Part shown: piece after piece, positions 40,461-54,507 of the stretch | Numbering within the stretch: position 1 is the stretch's first letter | How the letters are laid out: every line of letters starts with the position of its first letter | DNA from: Antedon mediterranea | Taxonomy: Eukaryota; Animalia; Echinodermata | Direction: 5' to 3' | Assembly (NCBI RefSeq): GCF_964355755.1 | Contig: NC_092671.1 | Span: 39,752,304 to 39,816,303 of the forward strand | Length of the DNA: 64,000 nt | Notes under the pieces: model-generated | Database searches by the model: none | Seen by the model: the letters and a program-made list of their open reading frames with translations, nothing else | What the model was told of the DNA's origin: nothing | Position numbers and translations under genes: made by a program

Positions 40461-41957
40461 TTAAAATTATTGTAAATATTAGATAGTATATAGTAGAAAT
40501 AAAACGTAAAGCTATCTAGCGATTGAAAAATTAAATGGCGTCCATACACAACAAACGAACGAGTCGAGAAAGTGTATCTGACGCATGCGTATTATCGGTT
40601 CGTGTACCTAGCTTGTGTAGGGTTTGACTGAATGTTTCGGAGAAAATGAGCGTGAAAAACGAAATTAAAAATCAATTTATATAAAAAAATGAAGGAAATA
40701 TTCCATAATTTCAACGATTTACGATGTATTAATCATTTAAGAATGAAACTGTAAAGCGGATAAGTTAATATCGAAATAGTTTTGGCGCAGTGGACGATTA
40801 ACCCAAAAATTCCTATCTCCTCCTGTACAAAAGTTTCCGCTTGTGACGTCACAGGCGGATTTTTTTTCATTTCTTAGGGCTGTTTTCTATGCGTCATCGT
40901 CATCTCTGAAATGTACTCTAACAGTCAGCTGTATGTAACAGTATATACTACGTGTTGAAAACATAAAATCAAACTTTTTGGAATCGTTTCATATCATCTT
41001 TAACTACTGTTCTTTAATCTAAATGTCACCGTTATGAGTTCGTTTTGTCTTCGTGAACTTCATCAGTAACCTCACAATCGCTTTATTACTGTTTTCATTA
41101 CCTGCTATACGAACTTATTATTATTATTGTGACTTGGATCTTAAACACATCTTAGCATTGCTGTATAATTGCTTCTAGTTTGATGAATGTTCTTATTTGT
41201 TCTATGTGATTCCACTATTTTACTTCTAATGTCTTTCATGGGCTACGCTACTGTTGCTTTCCGCCGTGTGATGCAATGATTTTAAAAACAACTCTGATTT
41301 TTCTAATGCAATTCAATTCAGTTCTACACTGTATTTACACCTCAGTATTACAATGATTTATTAGTCTTCTTGGATTACCAAAACCACACGATGAAAATAG
41401 TTTTAATTTCATTAAAAACAATGTTCTATTAATTATATCCGTTCCTATAATTTATAGTTTCGGAACAGCCAGACATTTTTATACCACAATGTAGGCTAGC
41501 TCGTGATATTTTGCTCAGATATGGGTGAAGGAGAGATCATTTAGAAACCCTTGTCTACCTTGAGCATAAGTTTTGGAATTTATTATTTTAGTTGATTAAT
41601 GAATTATTCGGTAAATTTTGCATTATAAATGACGAAGTATCCATATATGAGTTGATCGGTATTTGTGTGTTATTGTTACGATCATTTCCCATATAATATT
41701 TCACTAAATGTTATTATAATTATGAAAAAAATAGAAGTAGAAATGTGCGCTTAAATGTGCATGAACCGTAAGGTGCTGCGGATGGCCTCCAACAGGATTT
41801 CCTTCTATCACGATTGGATTACAACAGTTAGACAGGCTAAATTATAAAATAGATGAAACATCACACTTAATCATCCTCCATAATAAGTATACATTACAAA
41901 TGTCATAGAAATAATATATAAAATAATCCATTTTCTAGCAACATTAGAACTAACATG

Positions 41958-43583
41958 TTATATGATAGAGTCAACGGAATCGTCTTCAATATCGTCCGAT
42001 TGTTCACTGCACGTTTCATCAATGCTTCGTGGTCTACATACACTGAGGCCGGTGCTCAAACTTAAAAAGCTAGTGCCCCGTTGACGTGGTTTTGGTAAGT
42101 CTAAAACACTGTCCTGTTTTGGAACGCTAATCTTCCGTCGCCGTGTAAATATCGGAGGCGTTGTCAATTTTTTCGTTCGCTTATAATCATTGTAAAGTTT
42201 CTCAAACGCGGTGTGAACGTCGTCAAACGAATCACATACCGATAATTCGTAGAATGCACATCCTAAAGCTTTTGCCAACTGTTCGCCTTCACTCTTTTCT
42301 ACCAGTCTATCTCTTTCTAAGTCCTTTTTATTTCCTATTATTAATATCGTTGGATCCTGTGACGTATTCTTTCTGGCGTGAGTAATAAGGAACTTGGATC
42401 GCATCACTTCGTTGAAACTACATCTATCATTTATTGAATATACGATAATGTAAGCGTCTGCCCATTTTATCTTGTCTTCTGTTTTCGTCTCCTTCAATAA
42501 AATTAAAAAAATTAATATGAAGACATTTTTTTCTGGTTATTTTTAGGAGGCCACAATCTCCAAAAGAAGCTACATATTCTGAATTCATTGTGTTTAGGCC
42601 GTGTTTCTGCAGCCAAAACAAAATTATCAAACCAGATGCGCAATCATAACGCAATAATTTGTTCACCAGGTCAAAGGTTAAAAATTATCGCATTTATCTG
42701 ATAATTATCCGATTTTAATTTGAAAATAATCGGTTAATTTTTCTCGAGTGGAATCAGTTTAACCCCGTTTCCACAGGCAGTTTATCGGTTAATTATCGTT
42801 TAATTTTTATCGGTTAATTTTTATCGATTAATTATCTGTTAATTTTTTTCGAGTGGAATCGGTTGAACCCCGTTTCCACATGAAGTTTATCGGTTAATTA
42901 TCTGTTAATTAACGGTTAATTTTTGGCTGCGGAAACACGGCCTTTGTAAACATTGAACATAATAAGCGCGTATCATTAATAAGCACGTTCGATTATGACT
43001 GTTTTAGATTCAGCTGATGATTTTAAGTTAATGACTCTATACTTACTTGGCCTGCGGTATCCAATATTTCAAAATCAACTGGTGACATTTCACTAGCAAA
43101 GAATGTCCTATGTCTGTACGTCATTTCTGTTTAATAGCAATATGAACACTGATTATTCTTCTACAATTATTTAGTGGAACACACGTGGTGCATTTTCTCC
43201 AAAGTATTTATATGAAAAGAAGTATTTAAAAAGAAACGTGCCGTAAAAACACACACAGCATCATAAATTGCTAATGTTATAAAAATCATCAGAATAAAAT
43301 AACAAATAATTACTACAGAACCCTGAGACACCTAGCACAGTTTTAAAGTGGTGTCTCCTGAATTAAATTGAATATGGGTTCATTGAGTGTTTCTCTTATC
43401 TACTGAATTGAATGGTTTATATAAAACATTTCTAAATTTGGAGGTTTTGCATCATCATCATCATTAATAATCACAGAAACATTAACATGTCCAACATGTG
43501 ATGCTTTTACTGTGCCAATGCTTTTGGTCAAACCATGGATATTCATAATACAGATAAATGTATCAGTACCATTATACACAATC

Positions 43584-43615
<32 letters not shown>

Positions 43616-46600
43616 GACCAATAAATGTAGTTCACATTATAAACCTAAGTCACAAACTGACTGATGAATATTAATATGGTCTTACCTAAAGTAGGGTCAT
43701 ACTCCCATATAAACCTCCTGGTTATAAATCGTACTGTCAGAGCTGAAATGAAAAAAAAAATCAAATTTCATACAAACTAAATTGCAACTTGCGGTCAATA
43801 ACCTCATTACAGCAAGGAAGCAGAAATCAAAGGAAAGACAAGAGAACCGACTAGGCCTACTAAACGTACGCTGGAACGATCAAGAAGCTAGAGTTATGTA
43901 CGGAACCGTCTAAGTGCCATCGACTTTTCAAGATAATTTATCTTAACAAGTCGCCAAGTAGTTGATGGCATTAGACGCTTCCGTAGTTATGTGTTGGCAA
44001 GCAAGTAAAAGAGGAACACTGAGCTTATGGGATATATTCTGAGCATGTTTGAGGAATTAAAGCTAACAACATGGTATGACCGGTGCTTCATCATGGTGAA
44101 AACGTTGCGGAATATTTTGAGAAAAGATGGACGAACATCGAAGAGAGTCTGCAATGAAAAGGATAAGGCTAGGCCAACATACATAGATGAACAGGATGCC
44201 TGGGGAAATAGTGTAACCATGACACCTATAAATTAATAGATTAATATAATGGTGTAACAGCAAGAAATGACAATTCGGAAACAATTTTGACATATAGGCC
44301 TACATAACAATACTCATTGTCTTACTTTATTAAAAGTAAACCATAAAAATATTTGCAGGCGGTTTACCTATATCTAATCTGATTTTTTTTTCTGATAACT
44401 TTCATCCCTCAATAGGCCTACATAATATTGAAATATTCACCCAAAACATATGTTTTTAATTTTATAAGACGTAATGCATATTCAACATTCCTGTTTCGAT
44501 TTAAACATTTGAGCATAGATCACATATCGAAAATAAAAGTCATAATCATATAAATAAACGTTTGTTAGTTTTTTGTTGGTATGTTAGACTCTGTTTTTAT
44601 ATTCGACGTATGTGGACATGTTTCTCTGACAACGTAATTTATTTTTCAATACTGTTATAAATACCTATTTATTAAAGAATGATAGTTTTTTTTCGATGAA
44701 ATAAAAGTGGGAAAACCCCACAAAAGACAAAAAAAAAACACGTTTTCCTAGATACCAACCAATTATCTGTATCAACGATTATTATTATTATGAATGTTGA
44801 TATTGATGTTATTGTAGTTTGTAGTAGCTATTAGTATTGTAATAAAGAATTATTTTATTGGCTTACGAACAAAGAAAGTGGGACAATTTGCGGTGAGGAT
44901 GAGGGTATAACAAGAACTAAAATAAAGATATATAACTAAATATGGTGGTGATATGTCTAAATATGGTAGTGATATGACATCATCATGTCCATATAGACAC
45001 ATCACATTTGTGTGTCACATAAAGTTTGATTAGACAGAGCTTAGCGTGACTTTATACGCTGAGATGACATTCGAAACAAAAATGTTATACAATACCTACT
45101 TAGTTTCTAAAAGATAATAAAACAGAATACATTATAATTAAAAGACGCTTATTCCTGAGTACACGCTGTTCGCTTCTAAGAAATACCAATAAGCTATACT
45201 TTACTTATAAGCGTCAGATGGTCTTTTAAGTAGCCGAACGTTTTGCTCGACCGAATAAATGACTGCTTGGCGCGCCATACTCGACCGAATGTTTCGCATC
45301 GACTGAATGGCAGCCAATTATGTTATATTACAATAATGACGTCACACCAATGACTCAATAATGTAAACTGGACATTTAGAATTATTCAAAAGAAGTAAAA
45401 TTGCATAATGTTAAACTGGAAATGTCAGGAAAATCACAAAATATCATGAATACATGAGATGTTTCAGTATAAATCATTGTGTTTTACTTTTATCGTTTTG
45501 ATTTTGCTTTTTGCTTATTTTGTATCTCCATTGAGATCCAGCCACTGATGCCCACAGCATTGTCATTTTTTCAGTGCTTATTTTATTTTGTATCTCCATT
45601 GATATCCAGCCACTGATACCCACAGCATTGTCATTTTTTCAGTGCTTTTTTTTTGTATCTCCATTGAGATCCAGCCACTGATACCCACAGCATTGTTATT
45701 TTTTCAGTGCTTATTTTATTTTGTATCTCCATTGAGATCCAGCCACTGATACCCACCAGCATTGTCATTTTTTCATTTCTAATTTTATTTTGTATCTCCA
45801 TTGAGATCCAGCCACTAATACCCACAGCATTGTCATTTTTTCAGTACTTATTTTATTTGTATCTCCATTGAGATCCAGCCAGTAATACCCACAGCATTGT
45901 CATTTTTTCAGTACTTATTTTATTTGTATCTCCATTGAGATCCAGCCAGTAATACCCACAGCCTTGTTTTCAGTATTTTGCCTTTGGATTAGTATATAAA
46001 TCATTATAAAACATAGACTTGTCATGTTCTATAAATGTTGTGAATATTGAACGTTTGCCATAATAATCTCGAAGCAAAGCAGCTTGTTATGGTAGGCCTA
46101 TGCATATCAATATAATGCATCGTCAACGATAAATATTGAAATTTGGCCAAAAAATGATATTAACATTGCCTCCAAAAGACAACAAAAGCTCCAACATTGA
46201 TTAGCATATACAGTAAAAATGTGTTTGTTGTATATTAAACCACGGAGACATATATATAACATATTTAGGCCTATTCTGGGCGGCGGCTTCGTGTTTCAGA
46301 ATCATCACAAGCCGTTCACCTGCCTGTTTTCTCTCCCATCGGAGAAAGATATCGGGGGCCGTGGGGACAAGGGGTCAGGGTCGCTACTTAAATGGCAAGT
46401 GTGTGGCTAAGATGAAAGATTCATAAGCAATAAAGAGGCCCAGTTATGAGTTTAATAAAATGATAAAAACAAGATGGTAGTAAATTATATAGTATTGATT
46501 TGCAAGTTGTTCAATGGGTACATCCCGTAGAAAAATACTTGATAGAATTTTACACATATTTTCTATAGAGTGTGTTTAGGCCTATAGAGTTCATAGAAAT

Positions 46601-49600
46601 TAGAAAAGGTCTATAGAATTTCTATAGACGTTTTAATCTATAGACATTCTGACGGCCATCGACGTACAATATAATTTATATAAATTTAGTCTATAGAAAT
46701 TTCTATAAATTAAATTGTAATGCGAGTGTGGATATACGATTTATTTAATAGTGATATCTGAAACTGTGATTATAAGTTCAATGATAGATAGAAAATATGT
46801 GTCGTTATAAGTTCAAGTGCATGGTTATATCTGCAAGTGCATGATGGTTAAAATTCAATGATAAATACATATTATTTTACTAAGGCCAATGTGATATATA
46901 AGGAAGATGTGTAAGAGTGTTTATAAGTGAGATTATTATGAGAATGAGTGAGATTATTGTGAGACTGATAAATAAAATTATCATCATTTTAAAACAAATA
47001 CTTATAAGGACAATTTTGTAAGTTCAATTCATAAGCCAGATTTTTATTTTTCAAGTTAAATCCCAAATGACCTAATTATTTCAAGTCTTGTATATTTTTA
47101 TCATGTTTTTCTAAAGCTGTTGATATAACAATCACATTGCATCATCGCAACATATAAATATTGTTATCGTTTGCTTTCATTTTAACAAAAATATTTTATG
47201 AGATTATCATTTTGTTTATTGTTTATAAACGTATGGCACGTAAGCATTCTAGTTTGATTGTATAGCTAAACGGTTTAAAATAATGTATTTATCTCTGTTT
47301 TGGACGCCATTTATAACATTAACTATAGCTTATCAATAAAACACAAGATATTGTTTATGTATATCTTTTTGGTGTAGGCCTATTGTTTCCCGAGTTAAAA
47401 ATGTTAATCTTATTTCTCCTGCACTCGACAACATATTGACTGAATTGAATAAAGCTCTGTCTACACTATCAAACTAGTTTGACAAAAAAGTGTGATGTGC
47501 CTAAATATAGTGGTGATATGCTCAAATATAGTAGTGATATGACATCATCATGTCCATATTTGGGCACATTTTTTTGTCACATAAAGTTTGATAGTGTGGA
47601 CAGAGCTTTAGGTTTATATGTTGATTTGTAACTCTATAACAGTATAATATTATTTAAAACAAACTGTCCTAAATATAACATTTTAAATGACATATCCTTA
47701 GCGGCGTTTGTAAATCCCTGGCTTAACTCAGACACAAACGAGCTTTTCAAGTATTTAGGATTCTTCAAGATTTTATTAAGCTCGTCTTGAGAGGTATTTT
47801 TAACCACTGGGACTCATTTAGCCTTTTCTTATCTTGCCGATTCTATATCAGGTTGGAATCAATTCTCCCTCTTAATTAAAACCTCATCTGTTATCTATGC
47901 TACCCCAAACTGCGATTTTTTTTACACAAAGACCTACTCAGTGAATACATTTAGTATTGTAGTACACCGAATAGAAAGGAAAGAAAACAAAAACTAATAG
48001 TCATATTTTCTTCCTCTCGCTCTCATAAGTTCTAGACGGAATTGTTTACTTAATATTGTTTTCTTTTAAATATATTTTGGCACACATGGCGTTTCATACG
48101 TCTAATATTTCAGCTGGAACGGACAAAAATCAACATAATAATACCAACAACCCCAAGGGGGAAAGTTGAGAAAGGACCGCGTCTAACTTGGCATCATCGT
48201 TCTGTTTTACTTTATTGTTTTGATTTAACTTTTTGCTTATTTTATTTATATCTTAATTGAGATCAAACCACAGATAGCAGTTGTTATATTGTAATTTGCC
48301 TTAATTATTTGCTTATTTTGAGGTTGCGCACACAGTGATACCATAAAGGTTACTCGAGGGTTACTCATTATACTGTACATGAATCCAATCCGATACGACA
48401 TCAATCTGTCTGTCCGCAACTTCAATTATTCTGATCGCAATATTTGAAAGGTAATTAACTATTAAAGGAGAATTGAACATTTAAATTGTTTAAAATAAAT
48501 TTAAAAACAAACGGAATTCTTATCAATGCCACTGTAAATATTTATGTATCCAAGAATCGTTAACATATTGCACACACGTTTATCACACTTCAACCAACTC
48601 GTGCCATTGTAAACATGACAGATTCAGAGCTCGTTCTTAATGTTGTGGTTGCATTATGACCGTTCTTACGCTCTGTCTACACTATTTCTGTTACAATAAA
48701 AATGTGATGTGTCCGTATATGGACATGATGATGTCATATCACTACTATATTTAGCCATATCATTACCATGTTTGGGAACATCACACTTTTTTTGTCAAAC
48801 TAGTTTGATAGTGTAGACAGAACTTTAGTTGGTGGAGCAATTTGTCTGGTTAATTCCATTAAAAACGAAACTGATAATCGATGTACCGTATACAAATTAA
48901 TATTCGGTGGCTTTTCTTTGATCATTTACCAATATAAATAATAAATGCATGCGGACGAATGGAACTAACGTAAGATAAATACACTAATCTCACGAATTCA
49001 AAAACAAAATTTCACGTTTGTTTTCTTTACGACTCCTCCTTCGGAGATATACATGTCATGATCACAAACTGTAGTAGGCCTAGTACTAATTATTTTAGAA
49101 AACATAACGTGATCTCTTTGGATTACATTACATTGAAAACGCACATTGTAATTATTAATTATGAATAATACTAATGAGTAGAGATGTATTCTGTAATCAA
49201 TAAGATAATACAAATTAATCAGTTACGTATGCTAAAGGACACAATCTATTCAAACGTCATTCTTTTAACCCAGAATCTGAAGTCAGCATTCGAATGCCTT
49301 TTTATTTTGATATGTCATGAGGAGGGTGCGTGCGTACAAAAATCATATAAATATTATAAGTTTTTAACGCGTGCGATATGTATGTGCGCGTACAAAATCC
49401 TATAAATATTATCAAGTTTTTAACGCGTGCGACATGTGTGTGTGCGTAAAAAATCATATAAATATTATCAAGTTTTAAACGCGTGCAACATGTGTGTGCG
49501 CGTACAAAATCATATAAATATTATCAAGTTTTTAACGCGTACGACATGTGTGTGTGCGTAAAAAATCATAAATATTATCAAGTTTTTTAACGCGTGCGAC

Positions 49601-52600
49601 ATGATTGTGTGTGTGCGTAAAAAATCATATAAATATTATCAAGTTTTTAACGCATGACACGTTGCGCATATCAAACACTATTTCGTGGGCCCTATTCCAT
49701 TCATTCCCTGATTGAAATTACTGAAAGTTGTCTGCGAAGCGAAGTCAAAGAAATCTATGCCTATAGTCTCTGAATCCATACATAATCATGATGTTCTTAT
49801 TTTCAACATCAGATTACAGCCAGACTGTCATATTAACATCTCCGTGTAATAAATCAGATCAGAATGCGATAGGGTTTGTGTTTCCACAAAATTCAATCAG
49901 TATTTCTTAGAAATATGAGCGTGTTAGACTTTTCTTTGAAATATCACATTGTTACAAGCGTTATCATGCCTGCTAATACGGTACTAAATATCATACTGCA
50001 GTCTTATTAGTTACAAGGATGTTTAAGATTCACTCGCAATTGATAGACTTCGTTCTTAGAAGTTACTCAAAATCACTGGATATTAAATGTCCTAGTTTTT
50101 GCCAAATGACTGAACGGTGAGACACGTTAAAACGCGTTTTTCGACGCAATAAACACGTTTATTATCTGCATTATGAACAGATCGGTTATCGTGACGAGGT
50201 CTCATTAGAAACTCGTTACAGGCAAAAACACTATTTGTTAGGTGAATGTGTAAACACGTGCTACTCACGACCTGAATTATTAAACATTCATTTCACTATA
50301 AATCCATCATAAACAAATGTAGTTCAAATACATACAACATATATTTCATACGTGACATCATAGATTGTAGTTCTATTATAGAAAGTTAATAAAGTAAAAT
50401 AATAAATACAACTATTTCGGATATTAAACCATTATACCCATTTCCCCCATAGTGTATTGATTGCATTATTGAGCTTATGAAACATTTTATTTGAAAAAAA
50501 AATCTGAACCAAATTAAAATTAAAATCACAGAAAACAATTCAATTCAATTTCTCGATTTTTTTGGTAAATCCTTTGGTAAACACTTTTCTTAATAGAACT
50601 TTACAGTGGCAGATCCGTCAAATGATAGGGAGAGAGTGAGCAGCGTTTAGTTCACCTCACCATAAGACAATGAAATTAGGATCCGTGTACGAGTCAATAT
50701 TGATACTGCATTGTAAGTGGGATAATTATATTTATAAACACTGACCAAAACCCAGTGGCAACGTTGCCGTGACGTCATGACACTTACACACTCAACACTA
50801 TATTATATGGGATAGACACACAGTAAGGTTGGTACTTACTTTAAAATATCCAAATATTTTTAAAGCATAATTATTGCCTTTTAATAATAATAATATCCTG
50901 GATTTTTATAGCGCCTCGAAGCGCTGTACATAAACTAATACGAAAAAAAGGGGATTCCAACCATGCCAAAAAAAACTCCAAACTGATAATACGCCTTCGT
51001 CGCTAATCAGGGATCGGTCAAATTGAACCCCGGTCAGCACCAGTTGCGTCTCCGATCATCTCGGACTTAGACACCTCCTGCCCTACTTAAATTAGATCTA
51101 AAACAATCTAGGTGGCATGATGAAGGTGGCATTAGTAATTTGTAATAAATTCAGTTTCAAATTAAGTTTCCATCGATCAACATTGAAGATGAGTCAACAG
51201 ACGTGATTGTAAACAACTGATCGCTGAAAGAACAGAACAGGACACTCTAGCCAGGGCTATAAAAGAATACCCAGAGGACACCTTACACAAAAAGCAACGA
51301 TTAAAGTAAATACATTTACTGATCTAATAGCATTGATTTTCTATAACTATTGTTACTTGTGACAAACTACTTACGAGGCCATCTTTGCCCACTTAATTGT
51401 AGTCTTTCAAAAACGATTTAGTTTTGTAACACAAAAAGTGTTAGAATAAAACCAATTTATCGTATGGATAATTGAAGTATATAACAGCACAGAATGTGTC
51501 AATTGTAGTCATTGCTAAAGTGACACGACGAAGTAAGGCCTAGAGAAAACGATGTTATCAACTACGTTATCAATGTTTGCACGCACACGTTGGCAAGAGA
51601 AAACGCGTATTAAAAGATGCTTGTGATTGGTTAAATTGCTTATGTCGCTGCGTTTACGTCGTTGTAGAAACCAGCCTTAAGAGAAAAACACGTACTAAAA
51701 GAGAAATCATATCGTTTGTACGCGTGCGCGTCAGCAAGAGAAAGCATGTTAAACAATGTCCCATGTTATCAGCGTTTATACGCTCGCGTGTACTATTCGT
51801 GGTATTGAACCGTAACAATGTATAAATTAATATAATATTCAACAGAAAATAAATTGAGATGTCTCGCTATTAAGTAGAATATTTATTTTTGGAAACTAAA
51901 GTGGATTTATAAAAAAAATAAATATCTAAGTGTCTTCATCAGCTGTTGCTACTAATGCAATGTTAAACCGTGAACATTTCTCAATTTTCATATTCAATTC
52001 CCTTAAGACCTATAATAGCTTTAATATATATATAACGTAGGATTGTAATCTACATGTTAAATACAAATCAAATATCAAGTTTTTATATTAAAGTCAAACA
52101 TAAAATCAGAACAAGATTTTAATGCATTTTTTGTTGTGAAATTCAATGGACATAAGTGGTTATGTATTCCTACTAAAATGAAAGACATTGATATTACGGT
52201 AAATCGCCTGACATATTGATTTGTATTGAAGTGTTGTCCGTTTGCAAAGGGAGTCCGAAGATCGGCCAACAAGGATGAAGCCTATTCTAAAATGTATATT
52301 ATAACTTATTATTATCGTAATTGTATTCCTCTACGTACACACAACACCTCTTGTCAGAAGTAATATCAAGCAGAAGGTTCCTGGTTCAAATCTTTTTCTC
52401 ACAGATTTCTTCATTGTATCGTTTCAAAATATATTGTTATAGTTAAATATATACTATTACAGTTAACGATTTGTGTAAAAATATTCAACAATACAATGAT
52501 AAAATAACTGCTATCTCAATATTAGAATTAAAAAAACACTGTTTCAAGTATGGTAATACCTGTATAAGGTGAACCAGGATATCAACAACATTTTCTACGT

Positions 52601-52913
52601 ATAATAAGTAGTGTTTACTATTCTGTGAAATATTAAGTAATGATAAATTGTTTGAAAGGTGAATTACAAGCGACAGACATCACACAGAAAGCGTTAAGGA
52701 ATGTCAAATGAAGGGATATGATACATTGATCATCTGTCTATCTAATATTCAATTACCTGTCTTCACTACACACTTACTTAACAACCAAAGTACCTGCTTA
52801 CGATCGAGCTAAGTCACGTGTGCTAGCTTACCTGTTTTACCAACTGCTGCTTGCCCCAAAATCACCACCTTTAGCGGCTTGCCCGTCTGCACCACCCCAT
52901 GCCTTCGATGCAT
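41958..52913 (-). CDS. RERG: RERG-like Ras-family small GTPase; exons ~52913-52832, 43742-43686, 43127-43048, 42491-41958
   Basis: G1 ILGQAAVGKT, RFITRRFIWEYDPTLE, G3 ILDTAGQ, G4 GNKKD, G5-like FYELS. No CAAX box, as in RERG. First intron is about 9 kb. Confidence 0.85.
42597..42942. mobile_element. MITE family B copy 2, in a RERG intron
   Basis: ggccgtgtttctgcagccaaaa ... ttttggctgcggaaacacggcc; homologous to 10015-10324. Confidence 0.8.
43990..44236 (+). pseudogene. Possible decayed 3' end of an RTE-type LINE ORF
   Basis: WY..C..L...G.R....ARPTYIDE resembles the RTE C-terminal WxGH...RGRPxxTYID pattern; weak similarity. Confidence 0.35.
45480..45975. repeat. About 67-bp tandem repeat, 7 copies, derived from a dispersed element
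   Basis: Unit ttttgtatctccattgagatccagccactgatacccacagcattgtcattttttcagtgctta. A single inverted copy lies at ~54521-54618 and a degenerate one at ~48200-48280. Confidence 0.9.
47453..47607. mobile_element. MITE family A, representative full copy (about 18 copies in the window)
   Basis: TIR AGCTCTGTCTACACTATCAAACT, TWA flanks, internal ~21-bp subrepeat atatcactaccatatttgggc. Other copies at ~382-507, 10739-10853, 11433-11593, 15834-15983, 17196-17454, 22645-22711, 24704-25179, 25496-25651, 28381-28559, 32716-32851, 32976-33119, 44935-45041, 48670-48824, 60211-60324, 60892-61065, 62863-62914, 63066-63226. Confidence 0.9.
49328..49655. repeat. About 56-bp tandem repeat, about 6 copies
   Basis: aaatcatataaatattatcaagtttttaacgcgtgcgacatgtgtgtgcgcgtaca. 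Confidence 0.88.
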
Positions 52914-54463
52914 TTTTAGTTTAGGCCTCTCTTATACTTTGAGAAAATATCGACGAAATGATTGTACTGCTGGTGCAGTAGCTACTCCTGCTCCGTCACG
53001 ATTGGCTAGGCCTGCTTAAGTGGATTTAGTTTGCGAGTTTCTTCCAATTGGTCAACACTCATGAATACGAAATATTGTTGATATCAAGCGGTAACCATGT
53101 GACGACTGATTTATAGAAACATTGTCGGTGTCGATGTTGCCAGTACATTAAACTATGAATATCAACAACATAAAGAATGTGTTGGAACATTCATTATCCT
53201 TCGTCGTCTCATTCACTTAAATGTTTAATGTTGTAGGCCTAAATTGAATTTGGATTAAAACAGCTGAAGAAGATATTTCATAATAGTTTTACGTCACTGT
53301 TACGTTTTAAATCAATATCATTGCTGAAATTGACAGCTTCCTCTTAGTATTTCAAAGAGCAAAGTCAGTTTTTCATGTTTAAACCAACCACAGCCAAATT
53401 TCACAGCTGCGCATGATATTGTTATAGTTGAGCCAGGACTAGAACCCAAGACCTTCATCAACAGGCAGGCTGATGATCAGTTCCACTATTTATTAGACGT
53501 ATAACATATTTCATTGACATGCATGCCGTTTTCGGTTTGATAGCCGAAGTTAATTGACGAACCATATGCGATGAAAAATATGTGTTAAAAGGACCCCCAA
53601 CGTACCCAAACCCCAAACCCCAAACCCATCCTTATTTGCCTATTTATGAAAATAAGTCCATCAAAAACGTACGGTATCAACTGCAGCAACAATCTTCTCA
53701 ATGGGAGACAATGCACCGTACAGTAACGACAACACACAGCAACTCGTTGACACCTCCATGTGTCTCAATAACAGACTGAATAGGTTCAACATTAATAAAG
53801 AAGTTAGCATTACTGTGTCTTTATTGTAGGGGGTGTGGTGGGAGTGGGGGGATATTTGGTTTAATACATTAGTGTTCAATATTCTAATCACTAGCACTAT
53901 ACACAGATCACATAGGAGTAGGGATAGCCAAGTGGGAATAGCCAAGTGGGAATAGCCATCCTCAAATTCTTCCTTAATTCCCCTTACACCTCCCCCACCC
54001 TCACCCCCACCCACCCACTAAAATTAAAACGGACCAGCGTCCTTGACCAATAAGACAACCTATGTGATATAATTCAACGTTTTCATTTATCTATCTATAC
54101 CTATTACAAAAAGTGGATGATGAATTATGATTATCATACTCTGTTTGTCTGAAGCATCAGTCGTTGAAACTAATGTAAATCAACTACCATTAAATGACTC
54201 AATGTACCAAACAGTCGTAAAAAACGTGGAAAATGAATTAAGATAAATTTCTAGACGCCATTTTGTTATCCTATTATCCGAAAGGATTTAGTATACAAAT
54301 TTGAAATAAGATTTCAGTGGGTTCTTCGATATTGTCAATGTAAATATTGATGCGTCGCAAATCTGAATACATTTTAGATTTGAATTGTAGTCCTTAACTA
54401 TACGTGTCCTCTGTCGATCCTGTCATGGTCTATTCGTCTATTTATTTATTTATTTACAGTATA

Positions 54464-54507
<44 letters not shown>

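Larger units (their letters stand above)
33658..40999. mobile_element. Autonomous Kolobok-superfamily DNA transposon, 7342 bp
   Basis: TTAA at 33654-33657 and 41000-41003 flank perfect 18-bp TIRs AGATGATATGAAACGATT / AATCGTTTCATATCATCT (5'-AG...CT-3' ends). Encloses a THAP-DDE transposase and a convergent KolX gene. Confidence 0.93.

Noticed and set aside
53430-53490. tRNA-like B-box sequence
   Set aside because: No cloverleaf; probably a decayed SINE head.
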